From Candidatus Obscuribacteraceae bacterium (GTDB lineage: Bacteria > Cyanobacteriota > Vampirovibrionia > Obscuribacterales > Obscuribacteraceae): a DNA stretch of 64,000 nt. Both the position numbers and the translations under genes were made by a program. Positions 33,086-43,042 of the stretch are shown here, in pieces. The stretch spans positions 192,001 to 256,000 of the forward strand of contig JBGAHS010000003.1 of NCBI GenBank assembly GCA_044226015.1. Reading direction: 5' to 3'. Below the pieces are notes generated by a model, which made no database searches, was not told where the DNA came from, and was given only the letters and a program-made list of their open reading frames with translations. Each line of letters begins with the position of its first letter. Within the stretch, counting starts at the first letter, position 1.

Positions 33086-34831
33086 ATGAAACCAGATAGC
33101 GACAACAGGAAAACAGAGCGACCATCCGAAACGGCGGAGAGCCAATCCGAGAGTGCAGAAAAGCGCGCCGAGAGGAAGGAACGAAACGAGGCTGTGCAAG
33201 GATTTGGTAATCTGACTGAAGGAATTAAAGAGCACAGACGCAAGCAACATGAATCCGGTAAGTCTGGGATCACCGGTATGGGTGATGCGAATGGAACGTT
33301 TGGATCGGCAAAAGACATTTTGGGAAAGCGGGCGCAGAAAAACAAAGAAGAAAAATCAGAAAAGTCGGAAAAGCCACGAGAGAATTTTGTCACGACTTCC
33401 GTTAAGGCAGAGTTGTTGAAAGGTTCCAACGACGGAAGTGGCGAGAATAAAATTGCTAAGAGTGAATATAAAAACGAAAACCTTGAAAAGGATGCCGCGG
33501 ACAGTGCGGCGTATCGGGCTGAGCTACTAGACAAAGCTAGTGCGACGTTGTTGAAAGGTGCCGAAGAGAGATTTGGCAAAAAGAATGTTGATATATTGAA
33601 TATTGCAGAAGGGGACGTGGGTGCAGCGACTTCTGCATTGTTATTGGGTCCTGATATTTGCAAGTTGATGGGACCTGAGCAGACAAGTCTTACAGGAAAA
33701 AAACTTGTTGTTTTTGGCATTGCTCCTATGTTCGGCGCGGCGGAAGAAGCTCAAAAGAAAATCAGCGAAGATAACCTACAGAAGACAATACATGACGGCA
33801 GCGGCAATTTCATTGGCGGAACCGCCATTGGTGCTGTGCTAGAGAAAGCACATCCCGCAATTCTCCTAGCAGCCTTAGGTGGTGGCATTGCAGCCATAAC
33901 AAATGATCAGTTGAATTCGCCCGAGCATATGCAGCGCAACGCTGAGCTGGGGCAAATGAATGGCAGGCTCGCAAATTGCAGCAATGCCGATTTGTTGCAA
34001 TTTGCAGATCGCACAAAAGCGATGCTGGGTCCAGAGTATTACAAAGCGGCCTTCGACCTGGCTACAGGTGGAGCCGGTCTACCAGAGGGAGAGGCGGTCG
34101 CTGCAGGAGTAAAGGAAGAGACCAAGCCCCTTCTGGAGCAAATCGAGCCTGCCAAGGTTTTGGAAGGACTGAAGAATTTGGGAAAAGATGCCTGGGAAGC
34201 GCTGGGTAATTTTTGTGGTGGTTCTGAAATGCTGACCACCGAAGGCGTTAAAACTCGATCGCCGAAAATAAGCAATGAAGCCGAAGATAACATTCTGCAG
34301 ATGGCACAGCATCGCGCAGATCGAGCAAATGATTGGCAAAGGGAGCTATCCAGAGAAGTAGAATCATCAAAGGGAGAAGCGACGGGATTTCGGGGAGATC
34401 ATGATTTTCATTCACCTGTAAATGAAAAAGGCAGGCGCAAATCACATATTGATGAGAATGGGGATCTGCGCCCTGCGGACCCTGCAGGGATTTACAAAGG
34501 ACGCAAAGTTAGTGTTGCTGAGCACATTGAAGCTCAAGCTTGCCGTAGAGCAAAAGAACATTCACCCTATACAAGTTTTGCTACGAAAGATGCGGTAATT
34601 GCAAAATATGGTGGCAAAGGAATCGAACTAGACCTTGACGGATTGAGGAATGCAATAACAAAAGGGGAGTTTGGTGTAAAAATACACGAGCATGAAGACG
34701 TGGTACAGTCAATTAGAAATAGCTATTTCAAGCGATATGAGAAAATAAAATTGCTGGAGTTTGTCGAAAAGGATAAGGAGATACTGGTTGAAGGAATAAT
34801 TCCGAAGCAGTTCATAAAAATTCGCGAGTGA
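33086..34831 (+). CDS. Putative polymorphic toxin with C-terminal ADP-ribosyltransferase-like domain
   Basis: Charged N-terminus, Gly/Ala hydrophobic helices, C-terminal GFRGD...SPYTSFAT...KDKEILVEGIIP (R-S-E type); GAGGT RBS before ATG 33086. Confidence 0.7.
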   Translation: MKPDSDNRKTERPSETAESQSESAEKRAERKERNEAVQGFGNLTEGIKEHRRKQHESGKSGITGMGDANGTFGSAKDILGKRAQKNKEEKSEKSEKPRENFVTTSVKAELLKGSNDGSGENKIAKSEYKNENLEKDAADSAAYRAELLDKASATLLKGAEERFGKKNVDILNIAEGDVGAATSALLLGPDICKLMGPEQTSLTGKKLVVFGIAPMFGAAEEAQKKISEDNLQKTIHDGSGNFIGGTAIGAVLEKAHPAILLAALGGGIAAITNDQLNSPEHMQRNAELGQMNGRLANCSNADLLQFADRTKAMLGPEYYKAAFDLATGGAGLPEGEAVAAGVKEETKPLLEQIEPAKVLEGLKNLGKDAWEALGNFCGGSEMLTTEGVKTRSPKISNEAEDNILQMAQHRADRANDWQRELSREVESSKGEATGFRGDHDFHSPVNEKGRRKSHIDENGDLRPADPAGIYKGRKVSVAEHIEAQACRRAKEHSPYTSFATKDAVIAKYGGKGIELDLDGLRNAITKGEFGVKIHEHEDVVQSIRNSYFKRYEKIKLLEFVEKDKEILVEGIIPKQFIKIRE

Positions 34832-34876
34832 ATTTAAGTGCGCGAAAGTGGTGTTTATTTCAAGGATGGATAGAAT

Positions 34877-35218
34877 ATGACTGGAGAATCGCAGAGTCAA
34901 TCGGAATGGGTGAAACCGGTGAAGGCCCATCTCTATCATGGGCAAGACCTTGTTGGAATCATCACAAATATTGCAGCAGAAGATATGTTTCAGTGGAGCG
35001 GCAACATTGAACTTATGGGAAGCGCATCTGTCTACAAGCCAATGTTTGACTATTTCAATAACGAGTCGCGGCAAAGAGAACCGGATGAGCCTGATGAAGA
35101 GGACCTCCCGTTTGACGAATCATTGATGAATAACTGGTTTATAGAGGATGAAAATGGACGGCGGGCGGTCTCTTACCCGGTAGTTTCGGTGGAAGGCGAA
35201 GTATTCTGGCGAGATTGA
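34877..35218 (+). CDS. Small acidic protein, candidate immunity protein
   Basis: 113 aa, Asp/Glu- and aromatic-rich, starts 46 bp after the toxin-like gene. Confidence 0.65.
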   Translation: MTGESQSQSEWVKPVKAHLYHGQDLVGIITNIAAEDMFQWSGNIELMGSASVYKPMFDYFNNESRQREPDEPDEEDLPFDESLMNNWFIEDENGRRAVSYPVVSVEGEVFWRD

Positions 35219-35716
35219 GAGATTTCTCAATTTGCTTGTCGAATTGAATCAAGAACTGAAAACCACCAAACTAACGGTTTCCAGTTCATCTTTGTCTCGT
35301 CCATTGCAAACCAGCTAATATACTTCGTACCTTGTCGGCGGGTATAAGATGGTCGCAAACGAACCGTTCCTATAAGTATTGTTGCGTGATTTGGCGAGAA
35401 AAAATCACACAACAGCAGACAGGAGAACAACACTGCAGGCTCGGCATTTCCTGTGGGTGAGTTAATTCCCGTAGAATTCGTAACAGATGAGTGGACGTTT
35501 CAAAGAGCTTAATTCCAATGCTTCTAAATCTAATCACTCAAAGGTGTGTGAGTCTTTGGTCTACAGCGCATGTTTGGCAGTCCCTGCAAGGTTCCTGTCA
35601 AACTGTGTAATTGCGCTACAAGCTAAACTTTCCTTCATTGTGACTTCCTCTCGCTTCTGTCCTTTGTTCTTCGGATTTCTTGATGTTCTCGTCTTACCGC
35701 TAGCCCCCGGATGCCG

Positions 35717-35770
35717 GGGACACTTTGGGGACAAATACAGGACTTGAGTAGGACGAATGCGTCTTACTCT
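35717..35770 (+). promoter_or_regulatory. Phased GAC-box promoter, copy 2
   Basis: GAC at 35719/35730/35741/35752; TACTCT at 35765. Confidence 0.8.
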
Positions 35771-35803
35771 ATTACTATCGAACGACCCCCAGAGGACAGG
35801 AAA

Positions 35804-36679
35804 ATGCAGAGAACAAGCCGCCACAGCCGACGAAACCAGAAAGGCAATATGCTGATATTCCTCACCCTGGCAATGTCTTTTCTGTCAGTTGGTCTGGCGA
35901 TGGCAGCAAGTTTTGCTGGAGTCTATTTCACACAGAGCCGCCTGCAATCATCTGCTGATGAAATCGCAATTGCTGGTGCCCGAAAGTTGAACGAATTCAA
36001 CCGCCTGGGACAAATGAATGATATGGTCGCAAGATGCCGCCAGCTGGTCTATTCATCGAACAAGCAAATGTCGGAAACAGAACAAAATCATAATGACCTC
36101 CTGATGGAAAAACTTACTCAACAACTAAACGATGAAGCACTGCAAACAGCAGAAACATTAGACACAGAGCGCCGCAAGCTTGCTGAAACTGCATCTGCAG
36201 AGGCGAAGGACACAATGAAGCAAAAGTTCAACCAGGTAAAAAATAGTTATCAGATTGCATTGCCCTGGCTCACAATTGAGTCACCGAGTCTAGTAAAAAA
36301 CGAAACCGGATCGGTCAACGGCATGCAGTCAAACGCACAGGAATTACAAGGTTTTCCAGAACTTTCTCAAGCAGACAAGTCAAACCTCATCGACGGCAAA
36401 CCAACAAGCCTCTATCGCGCAGAAAACGACGCAAGACTGCCCATTGCAAACAGCCCATCCTTCAAGTTTTCCCCCTTGCCACCAGCCGTGGGCAATGAAA
36501 TGGCGCCAGCCCGCGCGACGTTGCCAGGTGAGTTCAAAACTATCAAAGGCGATTATGCACCATGTTGCGCCCGCGCAGGACTGCAAGTCACCGTCGGAAC
36601 CGGAATTGGTCCAAACGCAAAAGGCACTTTCACCGCAATTTCAGCAGCGATTGCAAGCGGCGGTGGTCTCTGGCAGTAA
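35804..36679 (+). CDS. TadG-like Flp/Tad pilus assembly protein
   Basis: Basic leader RRNQKG followed by a hydrophobic helix, then RLQSSADEIAIAGA (Tad N-terminal motif). Start moved to ATG 35804. Confidence 0.8.
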   Translation: MQRTSRHSRRNQKGNMLIFLTLAMSFLSVGLAMAASFAGVYFTQSRLQSSADEIAIAGARKLNEFNRLGQMNDMVARCRQLVYSSNKQMSETEQNHNDLLMEKLTQQLNDEALQTAETLDTERRKLAETASAEAKDTMKQKFNQVKNSYQIALPWLTIESPSLVKNETGSVNGMQSNAQELQGFPELSQADKSNLIDGKPTSLYRAENDARLPIANSPSFKFSPLPPAVGNEMAPARATLPGEFKTIKGDYAPCCARAGLQVTVGTGIGPNAKGTFTAISAAIASGGGLWQ

Positions 36680-36694
36680 TAAGACATTTGCTTG

Positions 36695-36748
36695 AGGACA
36701 ATTTAGGAACAACTCCGGGACAAGGAGGTGACGATCGCTAGCTACTCT
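36695..36748 (+). promoter_or_regulatory. Phased GAC-box promoter, copy 3
   Basis: GAC 36697, AAC 36708, GAC 36719, GAC 36730; TACTCT at 36743. Confidence 0.8.
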
Positions 36749-36779
36749 ATAAGAACAAAGCAACCTGGAGTAACTAGAA

Positions 36780-37382
36780 ATGGACCGCCGAATTTCATCA
36801 CTAATCAAAATGACAGTGATCTTCATCGCTCTGCTCGTTGCAAGCAGCAACCTGAGCGGATTTGCAAAAGTAGGCGACCTCTACGATTACACCATTTGCA
36901 TCACGACTCAGCACCTCGAGCGCCAATTCAAATTCAAAGGCTCGCAGTTCGAAGACAAGATTGAGCGCCTGGATGCAGATGTTTACGACAAAGACAATGA
37001 GCACAATGCTGCACCGTACAAAAGCATTTGGTACTCACAGGGAAAGCCACTGGGACTTGAGATGTTCAACCGCCTGCAAGTGGAAAAGGGTCATGGAGTC
37101 TGCATTCGCATTAAGCACAAAACCGCTAACCCATCGCAATCAGAATTAAAGGCCGCAGCTAACGCTATTCTTCGTTTGTGGGTCGACGCAAGACTCAACC
37201 AGAGCGCAGTAATTATCGTAAAGGTTCCTGGTGACTCGTTTTATTCGATAATCGAAGACCTGCGTAATCAGGGCATGGACGTTGCGCAAGAGCCGAACAA
37301 TTGGAACATAAATGAACCCATGACGCTGCTCATCGAATCTGACGCAGTTGGACAAAAGCACCAACGACTGGCATACAAATAG
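36780..37382 (+). CDS. Secreted hypothetical protein
   Basis: GGAG RBS, signal peptide ending GFA. Confidence 0.8.
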   Translation: MDRRISSLIKMTVIFIALLVASSNLSGFAKVGDLYDYTICITTQHLERQFKFKGSQFEDKIERLDADVYDKDNEHNAAPYKSIWYSQGKPLGLEMFNRLQVEKGHGVCIRIKHKTANPSQSELKAAANAILRLWVDARLNQSAVIIVKVPGDSFYSIIEDLRNQGMDVAQEPNNWNINEPMTLLIESDAVGQKHQRLAYK

Positions 37383-37405
37383 GCTTCTGCACGACGTTTT
37401 GCACA

Positions 37406-37459
37406 AGGACAATAAAAAGACAAACACTAGACATTTGGAAGACGAATGAAAACTATGCT
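37406..37459 (+). promoter_or_regulatory. Phased GAC-box promoter, copy 4
   Basis: GAC at 37408/37419/37430/37441; TATGCT at 37454. Confidence 0.8.
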
Positions 37460-37495
37460 GTATTCATTCAGCAACGAAGTCGGAGAGAGAGCAAG

Positions 37496-38002
37496 ATGTT
37501 ACGCGAAAAAACAAACAAGAGACAGAGCAGACACGCAAGTCAGCGAGGACAATCGCTCGTTGAGCTTGGAGTAGGACTTCTGGTCATGCTTCCCCTTTTG
37601 CTTTTCATGTTGAATTGCCTCTATGTGGCTATCGGAGCATCACTCAATGACTTCGTTTGCAGAGATGCTGCGCGAGCAGCAGCTTGCGGAGCGCCCTCTA
37701 GAATGCAAACAGGAACAAACCGAAAAGTAACAAGAGGTGGTCCGAAAGACCGCGTGCTCGCGATCATCAAAAAGGTCTATAACGCAGGACTTCCAATGAA
37801 AGTGAGAGAAGATGTTACTGTTACCGAAACAGTGCGTGACGTTCCGCCAGAATCAGATGGAGGCGCGATTGACGGCGAAGTCACAGTGACAACGACCATA
37901 GACATTTTCCCTCCTGTTGTTGTGCAGGGCATGAATTCAAACGTTGTACTCAAGTCTAAGCACAGCATGCCAATCACTTACACTCGCAGAGCCAATTCAT
38001 AA
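37496..38002 (+). CDS. TadE-family pseudopilin
   Basis: Prepilin cleavage motif QRG|QSLVE, TM helix, RDAARAAA. Confidence 0.88.
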   Translation: MLREKTNKRQSRHASQRGQSLVELGVGLLVMLPLLLFMLNCLYVAIGASLNDFVCRDAARAAACGAPSRMQTGTNRKVTRGGPKDRVLAIIKKVYNAGLPMKVREDVTVTETVRDVPPESDGGAIDGEVTVTTTIDIFPPVVVQGMNSNVVLKSKHSMPITYTRRANS

Positions 38003-38178
38003 GTACGACGAAAAGCCATTCCAGCAAAGGTAGAAATTAGTACCAATTAGAACTTCAATACTGAACCCCCAAAATATACTGTGCGAATAGCATTCAATTC
38101 AGTCATTCAGCTGGTCTACCAAGAAAACACTAAATTATCTCGAACTGGGAATCAATTAGTTGCAAGCCGAATTACCCG

Positions 38179-38232
38179 GGGACATTTTGGGGACAATTGG
38201 AAGACAGCACTGGAACAATCGTTTCTTATTCT
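38179..38232 (+). promoter_or_regulatory. Phased GAC-box promoter, copy 5
   Basis: GAC 38181/38192/38203, AAC 38214; TATTCT at 38227. Confidence 0.8.
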
Positions 38233-38284
38233 AGTATTGCAAGCAGGAAGTCCTCCTGCACGAGAGCAAACGGAGAGAGAGACG

Positions 38285-38866
38285 ATGAATACTAGAACTA
38301 GAAAAGGCGGCATGAGAAACAAAAGAGGAGCAACTCTTTTCGAATTCGCGGCAGCTCTCTCGCTATTCTTTTGCGCAGTGCTGGTGCCGTTGATTGACAT
38401 TTCGTTTGTTCCAGCTCGATACCTACTTACCTACACAAATCTGGATAAGGTAGTTCATCGCATGGCTTTGTCAGAGAAACGCAGCCAAGCTCTCAAATTT
38501 TTGCATGAAGATGATTCATGGAAAAAAGCTGTGGAAGCCTGGGGCGTAACAGTTAAGAACGTCAGCGCCAGACTTGTGGTCTGTGACCCTACGGGAAGTT
38601 CCAGAGTCACCTTTTCAGAAGGAAATGCGGTTCCGAGATCGCTTTTGCCAAATGGATCAAAAATTGCAGACGCCAGCTGCACCTACGCACTTGAAGTCAC
38701 AACGACAGTTGATATTCCACCTCTCTACAGCAACAAATCTGGCTTACCTGGCTTTACCCAACCGATTGAATTCAAATTCAACAACAGAGCACAGTGGGAA
38801 AACTTAAGTCCAGACCCTTACAGCACAACAGATGCGAAATCGGTAAAGTATTACATCAACGAATAA
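38285..38866 (+). CDS. TadE-like pseudopilin
   Basis: KRG|ATLFEFAAAL prepilin motif; RBS CGGAGAGAGAG is also upstream of 37496. Start moved to ATG 38285. Confidence 0.8.
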   Translation: MNTRTRKGGMRNKRGATLFEFAAALSLFFCAVLVPLIDISFVPARYLLTYTNLDKVVHRMALSEKRSQALKFLHEDDSWKKAVEAWGVTVKNVSARLVVCDPTGSSRVTFSEGNAVPRSLLPNGSKIADASCTYALEVTTTVDIPPLYSNKSGLPGFTQPIEFKFNNRAQWENLSPDPYSTTDAKSVKYYINE

Positions 38867-38928
38867 TCTCAGAAGCGAAAACAAGCAAATCTGGAATAAA
38901 CTGAAAGCGGGGAACCCGGCACACAGAA

Positions 38929-40710
38929 TTGTCAACAAAAACAACACGCAGAAAGGAAGGATACACGTCCATCGATGTGTTCAACTTTACCTGTCGTTAT
39001 TGGAAGCAGCAGCCCTGCCGTTTTACAACAATTCTGATGCTACTCGTTGCCGCTACCTTCATTGAAACAAACATGCCGAATGCGTTGTCGTCGTTTTTCG
39101 AATCTGTGCGTTTGCATCACGAGCAAAAAGAAACATGGACAAAGCTTGCTATCTTTCTTGCCACCTACTTTGGCTACACGATGCTGTTTAACCTCAACAG
39201 TCGCATCTACAACGTTTTTGAAAACAAGATTTTCATGCAAGTCTATAATGACGCATTTTCGCATGTGCAAAGCCTGTCAGAGCAATTTTTCGTCAACACT
39301 TTCACAGGAAGCATCATAACCACGGTAAAGCGAGGGCGCGATCGAATTGAAACATTCGAGGACCAAATTCTGCTGAACTTGTTTCCGACCTGCCTTGTGC
39401 TCTTTAGCAGCGTTGTTCTGCTTGCGCTAAGACTGCCAGTACTCGCGTTTGTGGTCTGTCTGTACGTGCTTTTTATCATCGCCGGTAGCATCGTTTTAGG
39501 ACTGCGCTATGCTGGTCCAGCACAAGAAGCTTACGCCAACGCTCAAGATAAATTTGGAGGTCAATTAGCTGACTCCATAGCAGGCATTGTCACTACAAAA
39601 AGTTATGCGCAAGAGAAGAGGGAAATTGAAGAATTTGAGCGCCTAACCGAATATTTGCGTCAACATAACCTGGAAGCATATCTTCGAGGCACGGCAACAG
39701 CCTTAATTCAACGAGTTCTTCTCGGTGGCATGCTGGCAATTCTGCTGGGTGGCGGAACGTGGTACTTCATGCAGGGACATGCCACCATAGATGATATGGC
39801 TTATCTTGTGATGGCGTATACAATTCTGCAATCGTATGTGCGAAATGTTGGCGATCACGTGAAGAGCCTGCTGACCTCGTCCTATGACATGCACGCAATA
39901 GTTGCTTTGATGCGCGAAAGCCCATCGGTGGCAGACAAGCCTGATGCAAAAATTCTGGACATAAACAAAGCAGAGGTTTGCTTTGACAATGTGAGTTTCA
40001 CATACCCGAATAAGGAAAAACCGGTTTTCGAGAATCTATCCATTCGAATCAAAGCCGGCGAACGTGTTGCGCTTGTTGGCGATTCGGGTGGAGGCAAAAC
40101 ATCCTTTGTAAGATTGGTACAGCGCCTCTACGACGTTGACTCTGGAAGCATAAGCATTGACGGGCAAGATATATCCGACGTAACACAGGCATCATTACGC
40201 GGCGCCATAGCCGTGGTTCCACAGGACCCCATCTTATTTCATCGCAGCATCCGAGACAATATTGCTTATGGTCGAGCAGACGCGGGCTTAGATGAGATTC
40301 GCAATGCCGCAAAACAAGCTGACATAGATGATTTTGTTATGTCGTTAGCACAGCAGTATGACACACTTGTGGGCGAACGCGGCATCAAACTATCTGGTGG
40401 CGAACGCCAGAGAGTTGCGATTGCTCGAGCAATTTTATCAAATCGCAAAATACTCATTCTTGATGAAGCGACAAGCTCGTTAGATTCTGTAAGTGAGCTA
40501 GCCGTGCAACACGCCATCCATTCGGTCACACATGGTCGCACCTCGATTATGATTGCTCACCGCTTATCGACAATTCGCGATGCTGACCGCATCTTAGTGT
40601 TCAAAGACGGTCGCATAGTCGAAGAAGGCACACACAATGAGTTGAGCCGAAAGAGCGGCGGCGTATACGCATCATTCTTTGAAATTCAATCAGGTGGCTT
40701 CGTCCACTAG
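38929..40710 (+). CDS. ABC exporter, fused permease/ATP-binding protein (MsbA/Atm1-like)
   Basis: TM domain, GDSGGGKT, LSGGERQR, ILILDEATS, IAHRLST. Confidence 0.95.
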   Translation: MSTKTTRRKEGYTSIDVFNFTCRYWKQQPCRFTTILMLLVAATFIETNMPNALSSFFESVRLHHEQKETWTKLAIFLATYFGYTMLFNLNSRIYNVFENKIFMQVYNDAFSHVQSLSEQFFVNTFTGSIITTVKRGRDRIETFEDQILLNLFPTCLVLFSSVVLLALRLPVLAFVVCLYVLFIIAGSIVLGLRYAGPAQEAYANAQDKFGGQLADSIAGIVTTKSYAQEKREIEEFERLTEYLRQHNLEAYLRGTATALIQRVLLGGMLAILLGGGTWYFMQGHATIDDMAYLVMAYTILQSYVRNVGDHVKSLLTSSYDMHAIVALMRESPSVADKPDAKILDINKAEVCFDNVSFTYPNKEKPVFENLSIRIKAGERVALVGDSGGGKTSFVRLVQRLYDVDSGSISIDGQDISDVTQASLRGAIAVVPQDPILFHRSIRDNIAYGRADAGLDEIRNAAKQADIDDFVMSLAQQYDTLVGERGIKLSGGERQRVAIARAILSNRKILILDEATSSLDSVSELAVQHAIHSVTHGRTSIMIAHRLSTIRDADRILVFKDGRIVEEGTHNELSRKSGGVYASFFEIQSGGFVH

Positions 40711-41150
40711 TCGCTAGATTTGCTAGCTAACACTTTCATAATCACGAAAACAATTCCCCAAACTGTGGAAAAAATGGAACTCATCATAGTCCAAAAATAA
40801 ACGTTCAAGAAATCGTCTATCAGCCAGTCATGCGGGTCGGCAGTTCGGTAGAGCACTTTAACGGTATCACCAACCGCCGGACCAGACGAAGATGCTATGT
40901 TAGCTCTGGCTTGAATCATTTCGCCAGTCGCCGTTTGAAACCTGACAACCGGAGCTTTTGCACCCTTTGCGGTAGTCATTAGCCCGACGACCTGACCACT
41001 AACGTGGGTTGAGTTGGCTAGCATGTCGTTAACTCGATAAATCGACACAGCAGTACATATTGCAAAAACTAGAAAACACGAACCAAACACTCTCGCGAGA
41101 ATGGCGTAAACCCTCCGCGCGTCACTCTTGTTAGCAATACTGTTGCCCAT
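40707..41150 (-). CDS. DUF3592-like membrane protein
   Basis: TM - (GQVV, PVVRF, VGDTVKVLY..DP) - TM layout. Confidence 0.8.
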   Translation of the reverse strand: MGNSIANKSDARRVYAILARVFGSCFLVFAICTAVSIYRVNDMLANSTHVSGQVVGLMTTAKGAKAPVVRFQTATGEMIQARANIASSSGPAVGDTVKVLYRTADPHDWLIDDFLNVYFWTMMSSIFSTVWGIVFVIMKVLASKSSD

Positions 41151-41281
41151 CTGACCCTTGCTCTGATATCTGAGTATAGTTTCTCACAATTTCAAAACAA
41201 CTCAAGAATCTGAACATAAAGTCAGTTGACGATTTAGCCGAATGCACTTCCGGCTAGAGCCGCAGCGCAAAGCGATGTGCG

Positions 41282-42403
41282 CTACTGTTTCCTTTTCTCG
41301 ACGATAAAGTTGCGTCCTTCAGCTGTAGTTACTTTTTCATACGACGGGTCAAGTTCTGTCCAACGCTTCTTGATGTCGCTAGTCATAACATGCAACTTGC
41401 CGAACCAGAGTGAGCCGTTGTTCAAACTGGGGTTCCAGCCAGCAACACTTTTCTCATACACGTCTTCTGGCACCTCCAACTGTAGATGATGCCTGGTAGT
41501 GAGATTTCTCAGCTGCCTCGTTAGATTGAAGCTGAAAGTATTGTTGCCTACGTCTAGCTGAAGAAAGTGTCGCTGTAACGGCTCACGGCTAACAATATTC
41601 ATTTCACTCAATGGTCTATCGCTTATGTAGGTATGCTCAGAGCCCTGGTATGGAACATCGAAGGTGGTTTTGCCTTTTGCATAAATCTCGGATTTCAACG
41701 CCTTATAAGCGTCAGAGGAAATAGGATGCACGCGTTGCTTTTCGTCAGTCCAGCTAAAGGCTTGCTCAACATGCTTATCATTCACAGAAACCCAATAGTC
41801 GTGGAACGTTCCGTCAGAGAAGAAATTCACCCAATCAGATTGAGTAGACAGCCTCTCTCCTACTCGATAGGCATCGTACTGGTTCTTATCTACAATCGTT
41901 GTTTTGTATTCTCTTTGAGCGAGATTGGACAAATGCTCTAATGGGTCAAGTGTATAACTCGTCTTGCCCATGGCTAGCTCAACCACATAGGTATTGTCTT
42001 GAGTTAATTCAATTGCTTTCGAACTTGCCCGCTCATAGTCACGGTCTGCAAACCCTGAGTTTATCTTATTGACCAAAGGGTCTGATTCTGATTTGGAATT
42101 CAGAACTTGCATATCACTGGGCTTGATACCATGATGCTTGAAGAAATGAAAACCAGGGTCCTTAGTCAAATACTCGATCTCATCATAGTTATCTTCCAGC
42201 ACATCGATCTTTTTCCGATCAGAACTAAGTGCAGGAAAATTCCTCTTGTATGCATCTAACTCGTCTTTGCTCAGGTGCTTATCGGAATTCAAATCCATTT
42301 TTCCCAAGTTACTGTCGTAAAACAGTTTCAGGCTCGACATCGATTTTTCGTCAGCAGCTGCTGGCTTTGTCACATCGTCCTTGTTCTCTAGCTTTTGTTC
42401 CAA
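41282..42403 (-). CDS. Hypothetical protein with an EF-hand-like motif
   Basis: MDLNSDKHLSKDEL near the N-terminus; GAGG RBS. Confidence 0.75.
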   Translation of the reverse strand: MEQKLENKDDVTKPAAADEKSMSSLKLFYDSNLGKMDLNSDKHLSKDELDAYKRNFPALSSDRKKIDVLEDNYDEIEYLTKDPGFHFFKHHGIKPSDMQVLNSKSESDPLVNKINSGFADRDYERASSKAIELTQDNTYVVELAMGKTSYTLDPLEHLSNLAQREYKTTIVDKNQYDAYRVGERLSTQSDWVNFFSDGTFHDYWVSVNDKHVEQAFSWTDEKQRVHPISSDAYKALKSEIYAKGKTTFDVPYQGSEHTYISDRPLSEMNIVSREPLQRHFLQLDVGNNTFSFNLTRQLRNLTTRHHLQLEVPEDVYEKSVAGWNPSLNNGSLWFGKLHVMTSDIKKRWTELDPSYEKVTTAEGRNFIVEKRKQ

Positions 42404-42766
42404 TTTGGTATCCTCAACTCAGTAAAAATGGCTCTCAATGTATCCACAGGTACTGTTATGCACGCTACAGATCGTCACGTGAAAACAACGTGAGCAGTGC
42501 CTAAAATCCTGCTAACGAATGTCCTCACAAAGAGAACGTCGACAGAAAAGTAGAAGAGACAACACAAAAGAACACTAGAGGATGCTGTGCTCCAGAGCGA
42601 AAAGCAGCCAGGATGGCTACACTTCCAGAGGACAACACAACAGAACAAGACCAATGAAAGAGAAGCAAAAGAAGCTGCCAGTCCAGCCTTTAGCAGACAT
42701 TCGCTGGAACCTTTTTTTGAAAATTGAATCCTAGACACAAGAAATTTGAATTGTGGAGGAATTGAA

Positions 42767-43015
42767 ATGAAAAAGCATTTGGCTCTATTGGCATTAGGAG
42801 CTTGTTTAGTTCAATTCGCCTCAGCTGCACCGGTAAGAGCCGACGATGACGACTGGAAAGATTACCGCCATCACAGGCATGAAGCACGTGAACAGATGAG
42901 AAAAGCGAATAGAGCAGCGTTTTACGGAAACTATTGGAAGGCTCGCGAGCACGAGCGCAAAGCCTATAGACAACAACGCAAAGCGCTGCATAACTACTAC
43001 GACATTGATGATTAA
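42767..43015 (+). CDS. Small secreted Arg/His/Tyr-rich helical protein
   Basis: GGAGG RBS; signal peptide ending VRA. Confidence 0.75.
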   Translation: MKKHLALLALGACLVQFASAAPVRADDDDWKDYRHHRHEAREQMRKANRAAFYGNYWKAREHERKAYRQQRKALHNYYDIDD

Positions 43016-43042
43016 TAACAAGAATTGCAAAAGGAAAGCGAC

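Noticed and set aside
33022..33720. Long antisense ORFs (for example 33022..33720, 46293..46847, 15611..16162)
   Set aside because: Mirror frames of well-supported genes on the opposite strand, with no motifs of their own.
35711..35803. N-terminal extensions of ORFs 35711 and 38081 in the ORF track
   Set aside because: The extensions run through the GAC-box promoters. Downstream ATGs with RBS give proper prepilin leaders.
30969..38232. GAC repeats as a CRISPR or mobile-element repeat
   Set aside because: The units are 3-5 bp at 11-bp period, with no long repeats, spacers, cas genes or transposase.
42475..42738. 87-aa hydrophobic, Cys-containing ORF
   Set aside because: It is the antisense of a purine-rich intergenic stretch with no clear RBS, so I cannot support it as a gene.
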